From Gemmatimonadales bacterium (lineage in GTDB: Bacteria; Gemmatimonadota; Gemmatimonadetes; Gemmatimonadales; GWC2-71-9), in NCBI GenBank assembly GCA_041741375.1, contig JBGSKF010000020.1:7889-71888 (forward strand): a DNA stretch of 64,000 nucleotides, in the 5' to 3' direction. Below the pieces are notes generated by a model, which worked only from the letters and a program-made list of their open reading frames with translations, was not told the DNA's origin and made no database searches. The position numbers and the translations under genes are program-made. This document shows, piece after piece, positions 42,114 to 51,385 of the stretch; position 1 is the first letter of the stretch; every line of letters begins with the position of its first letter.

Positions 42114-43253
42114 TCAACCGGACCCTCCCACAACGCCGGGACGGGACCGCCGCCGCGGCACCTGGCGCTTCGGGACCGGTGGCCAATGCTGGAGCCCGAC
42201 CTCCGCATAGGCTTGCACCCGTGCCGAGGGCTGCGGGTCACCCACCACATGGTGGAGCATCCACCCGAAGAGGGCGGAGCACCCGTTCAGGGCGTAGTAC
42301 AGGAAGTTGAGCGGCACCACCCGCACCGCGAACCAGAGCCCGCGTTCGCGGAGAAAGAACCGGTAGAGTGATCGATTGAGAAACAGCATGACGGCGACGA
42401 GCCCGGTGGACACCACTCCGTACCAGGAATGACCGGTGACGACCCACCCGAGGAGAAGCAGGATCAGGAAGCTGACGAGGGCTGTCTTGACCTTTTCCAC
42501 CGGGTGGAGGTTCAGCGACCGAAGCGAGTTCGGCCCCCCGCGGCGGATCAGGAGCCGGGTCCAGGGGACGCCGCGATCGTTCAGGTCGGAGGTCACGACG
42601 TCCCGCAGGCGCCACCGCTTCAGGTGGGTCCCCTGGATCTCGGGATGCAGCAGGATGATGGCCCCGAGATCCCGCAGCCGGTTGCCGAGCTCGATGTCCT
42701 CGATCTGGGGACGGGAGAACTGCCATTCATCGTACATCCCGGCGGCCCGGAACGCCTCGGTCCGGACGGCGCCGCACCCGGCCCAGAAGGTTTCGGCCTC
42801 GCCCCGGTCCCGGGCGTGGAAGTAGTGATGGAGAAGGTTCCGGTACTGGGACACGAATCCCGGCGCCCGCGGGGTGGTGTCGTAGGATCCGAAGATGGCG
42901 CTGGCTCCGGGCGACTCCGCGAAGGCCCAGGCGAAGCGACGCAACGCATCCGCATGCACGCACACGTCCGCGTCGACGAACACGAGGATCTCCCCCCGCG
43001 CCACCTCGGACCCGCGATTGCGGGCATAGGAGGGCCCGTGGGGATCTCCGGGAAGCCGCACGATCACATCGGCATGGGCCGCGGCAATCTCCACCGTCCG
43101 ATCGGTGCTCCCATCGTCCACGACGATCAGTTCCCAGAGGTCCCGGGGGAGATCGCTTCCCCCGAGCGCGGCCAGGCACTCCGGCAACACACGCTCCCCC
43201 TGGTAGACCGGAACGATGACGGACAGGATCGGTGCCTCCCGCGGGGGCCGCAC
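42114..43253 (-). CDS. Glycosyltransferase family 2 with C-terminal TM helices
   Basis: GTG 43253 lies directly after the upstream TGA. Motifs: LSVIVPVYQGERVL, LIVVDDGSTDRT, ARNRGSEVARG, FVDADV. Confidence 0.85.
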   Translation of the reverse strand: MRPPREAPILSVIVPVYQGERVLPECLAALGGSDLPRDLWELIVVDDGSTDRTVEIAAAHADVIVRLPGDPHGPSYARNRGSEVARGEILVFVDADVCVHADALRRFAWAFAESPGASAIFGSYDTTPRAPGFVSQYRNLLHHYFHARDRGEAETFWAGCGAVRTEAFRAAGMYDEWQFSRPQIEDIELGNRLRDLGAIILLHPEIQGTHLKRWRLRDVVTSDLNDRGVPWTRLLIRRGGPNSLRSLNLHPVEKVKTALVSFLILLLLGWVVTGHSWYGVVSTGLVAVMLFLNRSLYRFFLRERGLWFAVRVVPLNFLYYALNGCSALFGWMLHHVVGDPQPSARVQAYAEVGLQHWPPVPKRQVPRRRSRPGVVGGSG

Positions 43254-44000
43254 TCAGCCCGCTCCCCCCCCGCTCACCGCGCGCCGCACATCGCGCAAGG
43301 CGGCCCGCCAGCGGAGACGCAGGTGAAACTCCGTCCCCCCCCACCCATGCAGGGCTCCGATGTCCCGGACATACCACATGTCGAGCCGCGGCAGGCACAT
43401 CGCGTCGGTCCTCTCCCGCAGGGCGGCGTACCGGGTGGTGCACCCCACCCGGTGGACCCGGGCCGCGACGGCAGTCACCGTCTTGTTGACCTCTCCGTAC
43501 GGGTAGGCGAAGGCGGTCGGACGCCGGCCGGTCCGGTGCTCCAGTTCGTCAGCCGCCCCGCGGATTTCCTCCTCCAGTTGCTCGCCATCACAGGCGGTGA
43601 GGTCGGGATGGGTCCGCGTATGGGACCCCAGGGTCACCCCCCGGGAGGCCAGGTCCGACAAAGCGTCCCAGTCGGCGAGGGGAAGCGTCGGGATGCCCCG
43701 CGCCGCGCGCCCGCCCCATTCATTGGTGCGTCCCACCGCTCCGCTGACCACGAAGGCGGTGACCGGCAGCCCGTGCTCCAGGAGCAGGGGAGCGGCGAGA
43801 GTGGCGAAGTTCTGGAAGGCGTCGTCGAAGGTGAGGGACACGGCGTCGGTGTCATCGGGCAGAGCCAGCAGCTCCTCCAGGGACACGACCTTCACCCGGC
43901 CCGACGCCAGCCACGCCACGTGCTCCCGGAACACCTCCTCCGAGACCGAGATCGGCGAACCGGATCCGTCGATCGAGTGCCAGGTCAGAATGGCGCGCAC
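43254..44000 (-). CDS. Polysaccharide deacetylase (NodB/CE4)
   Basis: LTFDDAFQNF, LPVTAFVV, LGSHTRTHPDL. Confidence 0.8.
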   Translation of the reverse strand: MRAILTWHSIDGSGSPISVSEEVFREHVAWLASGRVKVVSLEELLALPDDTDAVSLTFDDAFQNFATLAAPLLLEHGLPVTAFVVSGAVGRTNEWGGRAARGIPTLPLADWDALSDLASRGVTLGSHTRTHPDLTACDGEQLEEEIRGAADELEHRTGRRPTAFAYPYGEVNKTVTAVAARVHRVGCTTRYAALRERTDAMCLPRLDMWYVRDIGALHGWGGTEFHLRLRWRAALRDVRRAVSGGGAG

Positions 44001-44003
44001 CGG

Positions 44004-44987
44004 CTACCTGCCGGCTCCGGTGACCTGGAGGGTCCGCTGATCGGCCACGACATCCGCGATGATCTGCTCCAGGGAGGTCCGGGGACGGTACCCCACCACC
44101 CGTTCCAGCTTGCTCACATCGGGCACCCGTCGCTGCATGTCCTCGAAGCCGGCCGCGTACGCCTCCGCATAGGGGATGAGGCGGATCTCGGACCGGCTCT
44201 CCGCCGCGGCCCTCACCATCTCCGCCAGCTGGAGCATCGTCACCTCGCGATCCGACCCCACGTTGAAGACCTCGCCGACCGCTCCGGGCGTCCCGATGAG
44301 TCGCAGCGTTGCCTCCACCGCATCCTGCACATGGCCAAAGCAGCGCGACTGGGTCCCATCTCCGTAGACCGTGATCGGCTCGCCCCGAACCGCCTGGGCG
44401 GCGAAGGTCGGAAGCACCATGCCATAGCGTCCAGTCTGCCGGGGTCCCACCGTGTTGAAGAAACGGGTGACGATCACCGGAACCTGTTTCTCGCGCCAAT
44501 AGGCGAGCGCCAGCCACTCATCGAGCGCCTTGGAGCAGGCATAGGCCCACCGGGAGTGGGTGGTGGGGCCGAGGGTCAGGTCGTCCCCCTCGCGGAAGGG
44601 AATCCGCAGCCCCTTCCCGTACACCTCCGACGTCGAGGCGACGACCACGAGCTTCCCCTTCTTGGCCGCGGCACCCAACACCACCTCGGTGGCGCGCACG
44701 TTGGTCTCGATGGTGTGCACCGGACGCTCGACGATGAGGCGCACCCCCACGGCCGCCGCAAGGTGGACCGTGACATCGCACCGGTCCACCAGTTCCGCCA
44801 CCAACGGAACGTCCGTGGCCGACCCGATCCGGTACTCGAACCCCGGGCGCCCGACACAGCCGGCGAGATTGTCCATGCTCCCCGTCGAGAGATCGTCGAG
44901 AATGAGGACCTGGTCCCCGCGGGCCAGCAGCCGCTCCGCGAGATGACTTCCGATGAATCCGGCTCCGCCGGTCACGCACACCTTCAT
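44004..44987 (-). CDS. NAD-dependent sugar-nucleotide epimerase/dehydratase (UXS/GalE-like extended SDR)
   Basis: MKVCVTGGAGFIGSHL, YACSKALDE, RFFNTVGPRQ, YGDGTQSRCF. Confidence 0.8.
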   Translation of the reverse strand: MKVCVTGGAGFIGSHLAERLLARGDQVLILDDLSTGSMDNLAGCVGRPGFEYRIGSATDVPLVAELVDRCDVTVHLAAAVGVRLIVERPVHTIETNVRATEVVLGAAAKKGKLVVVASTSEVYGKGLRIPFREGDDLTLGPTTHSRWAYACSKALDEWLALAYWREKQVPVIVTRFFNTVGPRQTGRYGMVLPTFAAQAVRGEPITVYGDGTQSRCFGHVQDAVEATLRLIGTPGAVGEVFNVGSDREVTMLQLAEMVRAAAESRSEIRLIPYAEAYAAGFEDMQRRVPDVSKLERVVGYRPRTSLEQIIADVVADQRTLQVTGAGR

Positions 44988-46231
44988 CCAGCCTCCTGAC
45001 GGCGCGCCCGCCGGGCGGCGGCGCGCGCCACAATGTCGAGATACTGCGGAATCACGGCGGCCTCCGACCAGTGGGTCAGGAAGGCCTCCCGCGCAGAAAC
45101 GGCCCGCCGTTCCCGGTGCCCGGGATCAGCCTGGAGCCGGTGCAGAACGGCGCGAAGCTCGTCCGGCGTGTCGAACAACTCTCCCCCCCCGGCTCGCTCC
45201 ACGATCTCCGGAAAGGGGCCGAACCGTCGCGCCACCACGGGGACCCCCTGCCGGAACGCCTCGATCAGGATGATCCCGAAGGTTTCATAACACACAGAGG
45301 GCACAATCAGTGCCACCGCATGACGATAGATCCGCGAGAGAGTCTCGGGGTCGACCCGTCCCAGAAACCGGACCTGGGGCATCCCCTCCGCCAGCTGGCG
45401 GAGATCGGGGGCGTACTCGCCGTCTCCCGCGACCAGCAGGTCGGCATCGGGGTAGTCCCGGAAGAGCGGGATGACGTCCTGAAGCCCCTTGATCCGCTCC
45501 AGTCGGCCCACAAAGAGGAAATACGGGCGGTGATGAACCGCGGGGGACCGGTCCCCCGAGTCCGGCTCCCCTCCCTCATCAGGGAGGAAATACGGCAACA
45601 CCTCCATCGGACGGGGAAAGCCGAACTCGGCGTGCTTCCGCCGGCTGAACTCGCTCATGGCGATGAAGGTGTCCACCTGATCCAACGCCCGCTCGAGAGT
45701 GCCGAGGTGTCGCCACCACTGCGGGGGTCTCCGATAGCTCAGTTGACAGCGGATACAGGCACGCTCGGGACACGGCTCCCGCCCGAATCGCCACAGCACG
45801 TGCGTGGGGCAGACGAGCCAGTGTTCGTGCGCCATGTACAGTTTGACCCCTTGGCCGTACCGGAAGAGCCCGGGCCCTCCCACCAGGGAGACATTGTGAT
45901 AGTTGATCACGTCAAAACGGCCCTGGTCGAGAATCCGGCGGATCCGGCCCCCGGTCAGCACCGGTCGGCCGAACTGCTGGGTGAGCAGCGGGGAGAGGGT
46001 GCCGAAACCGCTCCGCAGCGGGATCACGTCGAGTCCCGGGGTCGGTTCGGGACTCTCCGGGAGGGAGCCTCGATGCAGGGCCGCGAAGGCGTCGGCATCG
46101 TGGATCACGGTCACCTCATGGCCGGCCCGGACCAGCCCGCGGGCCAGACGTTCGATCCCGATCGCGTCTCCCCCGAAGTGGTAGGGGGGATAGAAGGTGG
46201 TCAAAAAGGCAAAGCGAAGAGACTCGGTCAT
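44984..46231 (-). CDS. Glycosyltransferase family 4
   Basis: ORF 44984..46774 is trimmed to ATG 46231 (ATGA overlap). Motifs: FLTTFYPPYHFGGDAIGIERLARGL, FVGRLERIKG, ALIVPSVCYETFGIILIEAFRQGVPVVA. Confidence 0.85.
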   Translation of the reverse strand: MTESLRFAFLTTFYPPYHFGGDAIGIERLARGLVRAGHEVTVIHDADAFAALHRGSLPESPEPTPGLDVIPLRSGFGTLSPLLTQQFGRPVLTGGRIRRILDQGRFDVINYHNVSLVGGPGLFRYGQGVKLYMAHEHWLVCPTHVLWRFGREPCPERACIRCQLSYRRPPQWWRHLGTLERALDQVDTFIAMSEFSRRKHAEFGFPRPMEVLPYFLPDEGGEPDSGDRSPAVHHRPYFLFVGRLERIKGLQDVIPLFRDYPDADLLVAGDGEYAPDLRQLAEGMPQVRFLGRVDPETLSRIYRHAVALIVPSVCYETFGIILIEAFRQGVPVVARRFGPFPEIVERAGGGELFDTPDELRAVLHRLQADPGHRERRAVSAREAFLTHWSEAAVIPQYLDIVARAAARRARRQEAG

Positions 46232-47394
46232 GCCCCCACCGCTTCCCGGATCGCCCCGAGGACGGCAGCCGCCGTCCGGTCCCACGAGAGGGCTCGCGCC
46301 CGGATCAACGCCGCGCTCCCCAGGGCCTCTCTTTCCTCGGGGTGGTCCACCAGCCTCCGGATCGCCTCGGTGAGGGCGGTTCGGTCCCCCGGGAGGACCC
46401 AGATGCCCCCACCGTCCAGGAGTTGGGGGAGCGGGCTCTCCGTGGTGGCCACAACAGGGGTGGCGCACGCGGCGGCCTCGACGGCCGGGAGGCCAAAGCC
46501 TTCCGCCTCGGAGGGGAGGATGCACGCCACAGCACCTGTGTAGAGGTGACGCAACTCTTCGTCGGGCACGAACCCGGTCCAATGAACCAGCGGACCGGTG
46601 CCGAGGGTCGCGATCGACCGGAGGAGAGACTCCCGGTGCTCGTGGAACACGTCGCTCCCGACCGATCCGACCAACAGCAGGTGCACGGGTGTGGCCCTCG
46701 CCGCTGCGGCATGGGACTCGAGGAGGACGTCGAGCCGCTTGTGCGGATTGAATCCCCCGACGTAGATGATCCATTGAGCTCCGGCCGGCACCCCTGCTGC
46801 CGCACCGGCCCGGCGGACCTCGTCGGCGGGCGAGGGAGTGAAGACCGGGGCCGGGGCTTCCGGGGCCACCCGAAGGCGATCCCGGCGGACGCCGAGCACA
46901 CGGACCAGATCATCCGCGGCGAAGTCGGAGACGGTCAGGACCCGGGTGGCCTGAGCCAAGGCAAGCCGCACCTTGAGAGTCCAGAAGAGGCGGGCCCGGC
47001 GACCGGGGATGGTGAGTTCGGGAAACCGTTCCACGATGGCGTCGTGGATGGTGACCACGGAGGGAAGCCCGAGGGGGAGGGGAAACCAGGTGTAGACCGT
47101 CGGCGCGAAGAAGACATCGAGGCGGGCCCGGGCCACGGCCCGGTGCATCCGGAGGAGATCCCGGGGCGACCGGTAACCCTCCGCTGAGGCAGCACGGGTC
47201 GGTGCGGCCTGCAGCGGGACCTCGCGCACCTGGACGCCCGGCAGACCGGGAAAGTCCCGCCGGGACTCGGCATCGAGGAAGCAGACGAACTCCTCTCCGG
47301 GGGCGGCCCGCACCAGGCCGGGGAGCACCTGACGAAGGAAACGTCCGTACCCCCGCCCGTTGGCCCAGGAGGTGGCGTCGATCCCGATCCGCAT
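46228..47394 (-). CDS. Glycosyltransferase family 4
   Basis: MRIGIDATSWANGRGYGRF, YVGGFNPHKR, ILPSEAEGFGLPAVEAAACATPVVAT. Confidence 0.85.
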   Translation of the reverse strand: MRIGIDATSWANGRGYGRFLRQVLPGLVRAAPGEEFVCFLDAESRRDFPGLPGVQVREVPLQAAPTRAASAEGYRSPRDLLRMHRAVARARLDVFFAPTVYTWFPLPLGLPSVVTIHDAIVERFPELTIPGRRARLFWTLKVRLALAQATRVLTVSDFAADDLVRVLGVRRDRLRVAPEAPAPVFTPSPADEVRRAGAAAGVPAGAQWIIYVGGFNPHKRLDVLLESHAAAARATPVHLLLVGSVGSDVFHEHRESLLRSIATLGTGPLVHWTGFVPDEELRHLYTGAVACILPSEAEGFGLPAVEAAACATPVVATTESPLPQLLDGGGIWVLPGDRTALTEAIRRLVDHPEEREALGSAALIRARALSWDRTAAAVLGAIREAVGA

Positions 47395-47400
47395 CGGGTG

Positions 47401-48891
47401 TCAGGGCGACGCGGGAACGAGGGGGGGGGCGGGCCGGTCGAGGCGCTGTTCCTCGTGATACTCGAAATCGGTGTTGACCTCCCAGAGGTCGTGGGTGGCG
47501 CCGAACATGTTCCAGACGGCCATCATCGCCGTGAGCATCGAATGGTCCTGATTGTTGTACTTGTGCATCCCGTTCCGGCCCACGGTGTGCAGGTTGGGAA
47601 TCGGATCGATGAAGCCCCGGATGGTCTCGAGATGTCCGCGATACGCGGCATCATAGATCGGATAGGCCTTTGGCATGCGGATCACCGTGCCGTCTCTCAC
47701 CCGGGAAGCGGCGGCGATCCCCAGCGCGTCGAGCTCCCGGGTGGCGAGCGCCACGAGGTCGGCATCGGAGGAGGTCCAGAGCCCGTCTCCCTCGAAGCAG
47801 AAGTACTCCATGCCGAGACAGGTCATCCCCGGTTCCGGAATCATGGCCCGGCTCCAGTTGTTGAAGTTCTGGATCCGCCCCACCTGGACTCCCGGGGTGT
47901 GGATGTAGATCCAGTTGTCGGGGAAGAGATTGTCGCCCTCGAGCATGAGAGCCACCACGAGAAAGTCCCGATAGCCGAGCCCCCGGGCCGCGGCCTGCAC
48001 CGGGGCGGGCACGGCGGGCGCGAAGGAGTGCACCAGGTCCCGCACCGGCATGGTGGAGATCACATGGCGCGCCGGGAAGAGTTGTTCCCCGCCCTCCGCG
48101 TTCCGGGCCCGGACTCCCGTCACCCGTCCCTCCGCCAACTCCAGTGCCGCGACCCGGTGCTGGAGGAGCACCGGGTTCCCCATCTCCACGATCCGGTCCC
48201 GGCAGGTCTCCCACATCTGCCCCGGACCGAGCCGGGGGTACTGGAACTCATGAATCAACGTCTTGATCGCCGTGCTGCGCCGGTTGAGCGAGGTGGCAGA
48301 GAGGATCGCCCGGGCGAGCGAGAGCCCCTGGATCCTCTGGGCCGCCCACTCCGCCCGGATCTCGGTACAGGGCATGCCCCAGACCTTCTCGGTGTAGGTC
48401 TTGAAGAAGATCTCGAAGAGCCGCTTCCCGAACCGATTGGTGACCCACTGTTCGAAGTTTTCCTCCACCGGATGGGGGCGCCAGTGCCAGCGGAGGTAGC
48501 TCAGCACCATCCGCACGGCCTCGATCATGCCGAGCCCTCGAAGCGCATTGCCGGCCTTGAGGGGATAGTCGAAATACTTCCCATCATAGAGAATCCGGGA
48601 CATGCGCGGCACGGAGATGAACTCGTCCCCCAGAATCTCATTCCAGAGGTTGAGCACCGGAGTGATCTTGGTGAAGAAGCGGTGCCCCCCGATGTCGAAG
48701 CGGTATCCCTTGTATCGCGCGGTGCGGGAAATCCCCCCGACCATGTCGTCGGCCTCGAGCACGGTGACGGGATAGCCGTCGCGGGACAGGAGATAGGCCG
48801 CGGTGAGCCCCGCGGGACCCGCACCGACCACCACGACCGGATCGCCCGGCCGGATCGGATCGACTTCCCGTGGATGCGTGGTGATTCCCAT
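47401..48891 (-). CDS. FAD-dependent oxidoreductase (Rossmann type; relative of 25869..27299)
   Basis: ORF 47401..49137 is trimmed to ATG 48891 (GGGACAGGA upstream). DPVVVVGAGPAGLTAAYLL..VLEADDMVGGISRT..FDIGGHRFF. Confidence 0.75.
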   Translation of the reverse strand: MGITTHPREVDPIRPGDPVVVVGAGPAGLTAAYLLSRDGYPVTVLEADDMVGGISRTARYKGYRFDIGGHRFFTKITPVLNLWNEILGDEFISVPRMSRILYDGKYFDYPLKAGNALRGLGMIEAVRMVLSYLRWHWRPHPVEENFEQWVTNRFGKRLFEIFFKTYTEKVWGMPCTEIRAEWAAQRIQGLSLARAILSATSLNRRSTAIKTLIHEFQYPRLGPGQMWETCRDRIVEMGNPVLLQHRVAALELAEGRVTGVRARNAEGGEQLFPARHVISTMPVRDLVHSFAPAVPAPVQAAARGLGYRDFLVVALMLEGDNLFPDNWIYIHTPGVQVGRIQNFNNWSRAMIPEPGMTCLGMEYFCFEGDGLWTSSDADLVALATRELDALGIAAASRVRDGTVIRMPKAYPIYDAAYRGHLETIRGFIDPIPNLHTVGRNGMHKYNNQDHSMLTAMMAVWNMFGATHDLWEVNTDFEYHEEQRLDRPAPPLVPASP

Positions 48892-48901
48892 TCCTGTCCC
48901 T

Positions 48902-49819
48902 TCAACAGACCTGAGAGAGAGCGGTGCCGGGCCCGCACCAGAATCCGACCATTTCACCCGCCGCCCACCCGAGGGCGAAGAGCGCCAGGAGGGGCAGTGA
49001 CCGGAGCAACTCGCGGCGGTGACGGCCTTTGTTCCAGATGGTCCTGACAATCCGCAAATAGAGTACCGGAGGGAGGGCCACCCGGGCCGCGCCAGCCACA
49101 AAGCGGGCCGCGACGGAGGTTCCCGAGGCCCGGACACCCGCCCAGGCCCGGGAATAGAGGTACCGCTGCGACAGGTACTCCCCCACAGAGTAGTGCTTCT
49201 TGTGGCCGACCCGGATCTCGGGATGGGAGATCAGGTGAATCCCGTCCCGCTGCATGGCCGCATGGAGATGATCCTCCCAGCGGCCCGCGCGCCAAACTCC
49301 GCAGTAGACGAGCAGGAGGTCCCGGTCGTAGCTGGTGTTGTTTCCGGTGAGACGCAGCACCGGCCCCGCCGGAAGGGGGGGGATCAGGTGATGGTACTCA
49401 CAGAGAAATGCGGCCCAGTCCACCAGGCGCTCGGTGGCCGCATTCTCCACGGCGCCGCCCACCACCTGTTCCCCCCGGGCGTGCGCCTCGAGGTGGGCGC
49501 GGGCCCACCCGGGCGGCACGATCACGTGGTCCTCGATCACGGCCACCACGGGCGCCGTGGCCGCTTCGAAGGCGAGGGCGCGCAGGTCGGGAATCGTGGT
49601 GTCGACCGGCGCGGCCAGAATCAGCACCGACGGGAAACGATCGGCCACCGCGCGCCGCAGCGCCTCGCCGACCCGATCCACGACGAGGATCTCGAGAGGC
49701 ACCGCCCTGGCCTCGGCCATCAACGCCTCCAGGCACCCGACGAGGTCGCCCAGACCATTGACCGAGGGCACCACGACCGAAAGCTCCGGGCCCACGGACC
49801 CAGCCTGGGGCTCGGACAT
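48902..49819 (-). CDS. GT-A-fold (GT2-like) glycosyltransferase with C-terminal TM helices
   Basis: ORF 48902..50008 is trimmed to ATG 49819 (TGATG junction). Motifs: LSVVVPSVNGLGDL, ILVVDR, VAVIEDHVIVPPGW. Confidence 0.65.
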   Translation of the reverse strand: MSEPQAGSVGPELSVVVPSVNGLGDLVGCLEALMAEARAVPLEILVVDRVGEALRRAVADRFPSVLILAAPVDTTIPDLRALAFEAATAPVVAVIEDHVIVPPGWARAHLEAHARGEQVVGGAVENAATERLVDWAAFLCEYHHLIPPLPAGPVLRLTGNNTSYDRDLLLVYCGVWRAGRWEDHLHAAMQRDGIHLISHPEIRVGHKKHYSVGEYLSQRYLYSRAWAGVRASGTSVAARFVAGAARVALPPVLYLRIVRTIWNKGRHRRELLRSLPLLALFALGWAAGEMVGFWCGPGTALSQVC

Positions 49820-50706
49820 CAGTCCCTCCCCTTCCGGCCGGCGGTGACATATCCCACGCACTCTCCCGCCGACCAGGCGGAGAGGAACAGCATCGTCCAG
49901 GGGAGGGCGCGCAGAAACTCCCACGGCGCGCCCCGTCCCCCCCGCCTCGCCACCCGCAGCAGCAGGACCGCCGGGAGAACCAGAGCCATGAGGGCCCGAA
50001 GAACCCAACGTCCCCCCTCCTCGCGGAGCCGGGCCCGGGCGTAACTCCGGCCATGGTCAAACCGATCCTTCACGAAGGGCGCCACAGCGTAGGTGAGATC
50101 CTGAGCCACAACCGCGTCTTCGATCCGGATCACCCGGTCGCCTCGGGCGCGAAGCCGGTCGTGCACGACGTTTTCCCAGGCTCCCTCGCGCATCCACCGG
50201 GCCACGTCGTCCACGACCTCGGAGTCATAGATCACGTTGGCCGCGGTGATCAGCCTCGGGTCGGTTCCCGCACCTGGCGCCACCAGGCCGTACTCGGCAA
50301 ACCAGGCGCCGAGGTCGGCCCCTCGTTGCCGTTGGGTCGTATCGACCGGGCCTCCCACAGCGGCGGCGGATTCGGACGCAGCCAGAAGCCCGGCCAACCA
50401 TCCCTCGCGGGCCAGGCAATGATCCTCGGTGAGGGCCACCCGCGCCCCCCTGCTGCGGGCCAGCCCCATCCCCCGCGCCCGGGGCACGCTCGGGGGCCCG
50501 TCCACGGGAACGAACACCGCCGAGGGCCAGTGGGGTGCCATTGCCTCTTCGAGAGGAGTTCCACCCGAGTGGGCCACGACGAGCTCGGCGCCATGGCGAG
50601 CTGCCTCCGGTGCCACCGAGCGAAGGCACGCGTCGAGACGCTCGGCACTGCGTACGGAGGCAACGACCACGGAGATTCCCGTGCGCCGATCGGCCGACTC
50701 TATCAC
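49819..50706 (-). CDS. GT-A-fold (GT2-like) glycosyltransferase, paralog of the previous gene
   Basis: GTG 50706 (GTGA overlap). Motifs: ISVVVASVRSAERL, VALTEDHCLAREGW. C-terminal TM helices. Confidence 0.6.
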   Translation of the reverse strand: MIESADRRTGISVVVASVRSAERLDACLRSVAPEAARHGAELVVAHSGGTPLEEAMAPHWPSAVFVPVDGPPSVPRARGMGLARSRGARVALTEDHCLAREGWLAGLLAASESAAAVGGPVDTTQRQRGADLGAWFAEYGLVAPGAGTDPRLITAANVIYDSEVVDDVARWMREGAWENVVHDRLRARGDRVIRIEDAVVAQDLTYAVAPFVKDRFDHGRSYARARLREEGGRWVLRALMALVLPAVLLLRVARRGGRGAPWEFLRALPWTMLFLSAWSAGECVGYVTAGRKGRD

Positions 50707-51143
50707 CCGGATTCCGGGGGCTCGGGCCTCTCCACCCCAGCGGCCCGGAGCCGCTCCAGGAGATCGGCAGTGCCCAGGGGGCAGGGCTCCCAGAGGGGGG
50801 GCAGGCCGAGATAAGGGCCCCGGGCCGATCCGATCTCCCGGAACACCACCACATTGCCCACGGCCCGGGTCACCCCGCGCAACCGGGGGCAGAGCCCGGC
50901 ATCCACCTCACTCTCGGGACATTCCACGACGCTCACCGGGCGAAGAACCCCCACCTTGGAGGGGAGCCGGTCGGCAGGGACAATCACTTCCACCCCCGGC
51001 TGGGTCGCGAGATCATCCAGATGCGAGGTGACCGTGGTGGTCCACTCCACCGACGCTGAGGCATCGGTCAGCACCACGGACAGGGAGGGTCGGGGCCACG
51101 GTACCGCATACGGCTCCGGCACCCCGGGCATCGGCTCAGTCAC
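50703..51143 (-). CDS. Hypothetical protein resembling the N-terminal half of the two downstream GT-A-like proteins
   Basis: 146 aa and first gene of the minus operon. SLSVVLTDASASVEW..VEVIVPA aligns by eye with the LSVVVPS/ISVVVAS regions, but the protein lacks the EDH motif. Confidence 0.45.
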   Translation of the reverse strand: MTEPMPGVPEPYAVPWPRPSLSVVLTDASASVEWTTTVTSHLDDLATQPGVEVIVPADRLPSKVGVLRPVSVVECPESEVDAGLCPRLRGVTRAVGNVVVFREIGSARGPYLGLPPLWEPCPLGTADLLERLRAAGVERPEPPESG

Positions 51144-51385
51144 TGGTCACTCGCAGAAGTGGTCATGGAGATGGAGAGAGCCGGAGCAAGAGGGGTGCCG
51201 TTCTCACGGGAAAGGCGACTCTCCCCACCGTTGCTTACCCACGACAGTTATGTCGCAGTATTACAACACCGGGGTATTGTTCCAACAGTTTCACCACGAC
51301 ACGTGGTGGGCCCACGGCTTGCAGGCCGGATTGCCGGGAAGGCGCTTTCGCAATCGTTTCGGCGGTCTCACCCCGGGGGTCTTCC
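51144..51385. promoter_or_regulatory. Divergent promoter region (minus GT operon / plus UbiA gene)
   Basis: 242 bp with a lower-GC patch (cagttatgtcgcagtattacaacaccggggtattgttccaacag). ACCGTTGC occurs at 51227-51234. The inverted repeat CACCACG-aca-CGTGGTG spans 51292-51308. Confidence 0.4.

Noticed and set aside
42429-44999. 856-aa plus-strand ORF. The same applies to 34867..37452 (+), 29721..31817 (-), 55598..57418 (+), 47398..49047 (+), 22469..24052 (-) and 15978..17414 (-).
   Set aside because: All lie antisense to genes with clear family motifs. They have Arg/Pro/Gly/His-rich composition, no recognisable domains, and no start/stop coupling with neighbours.
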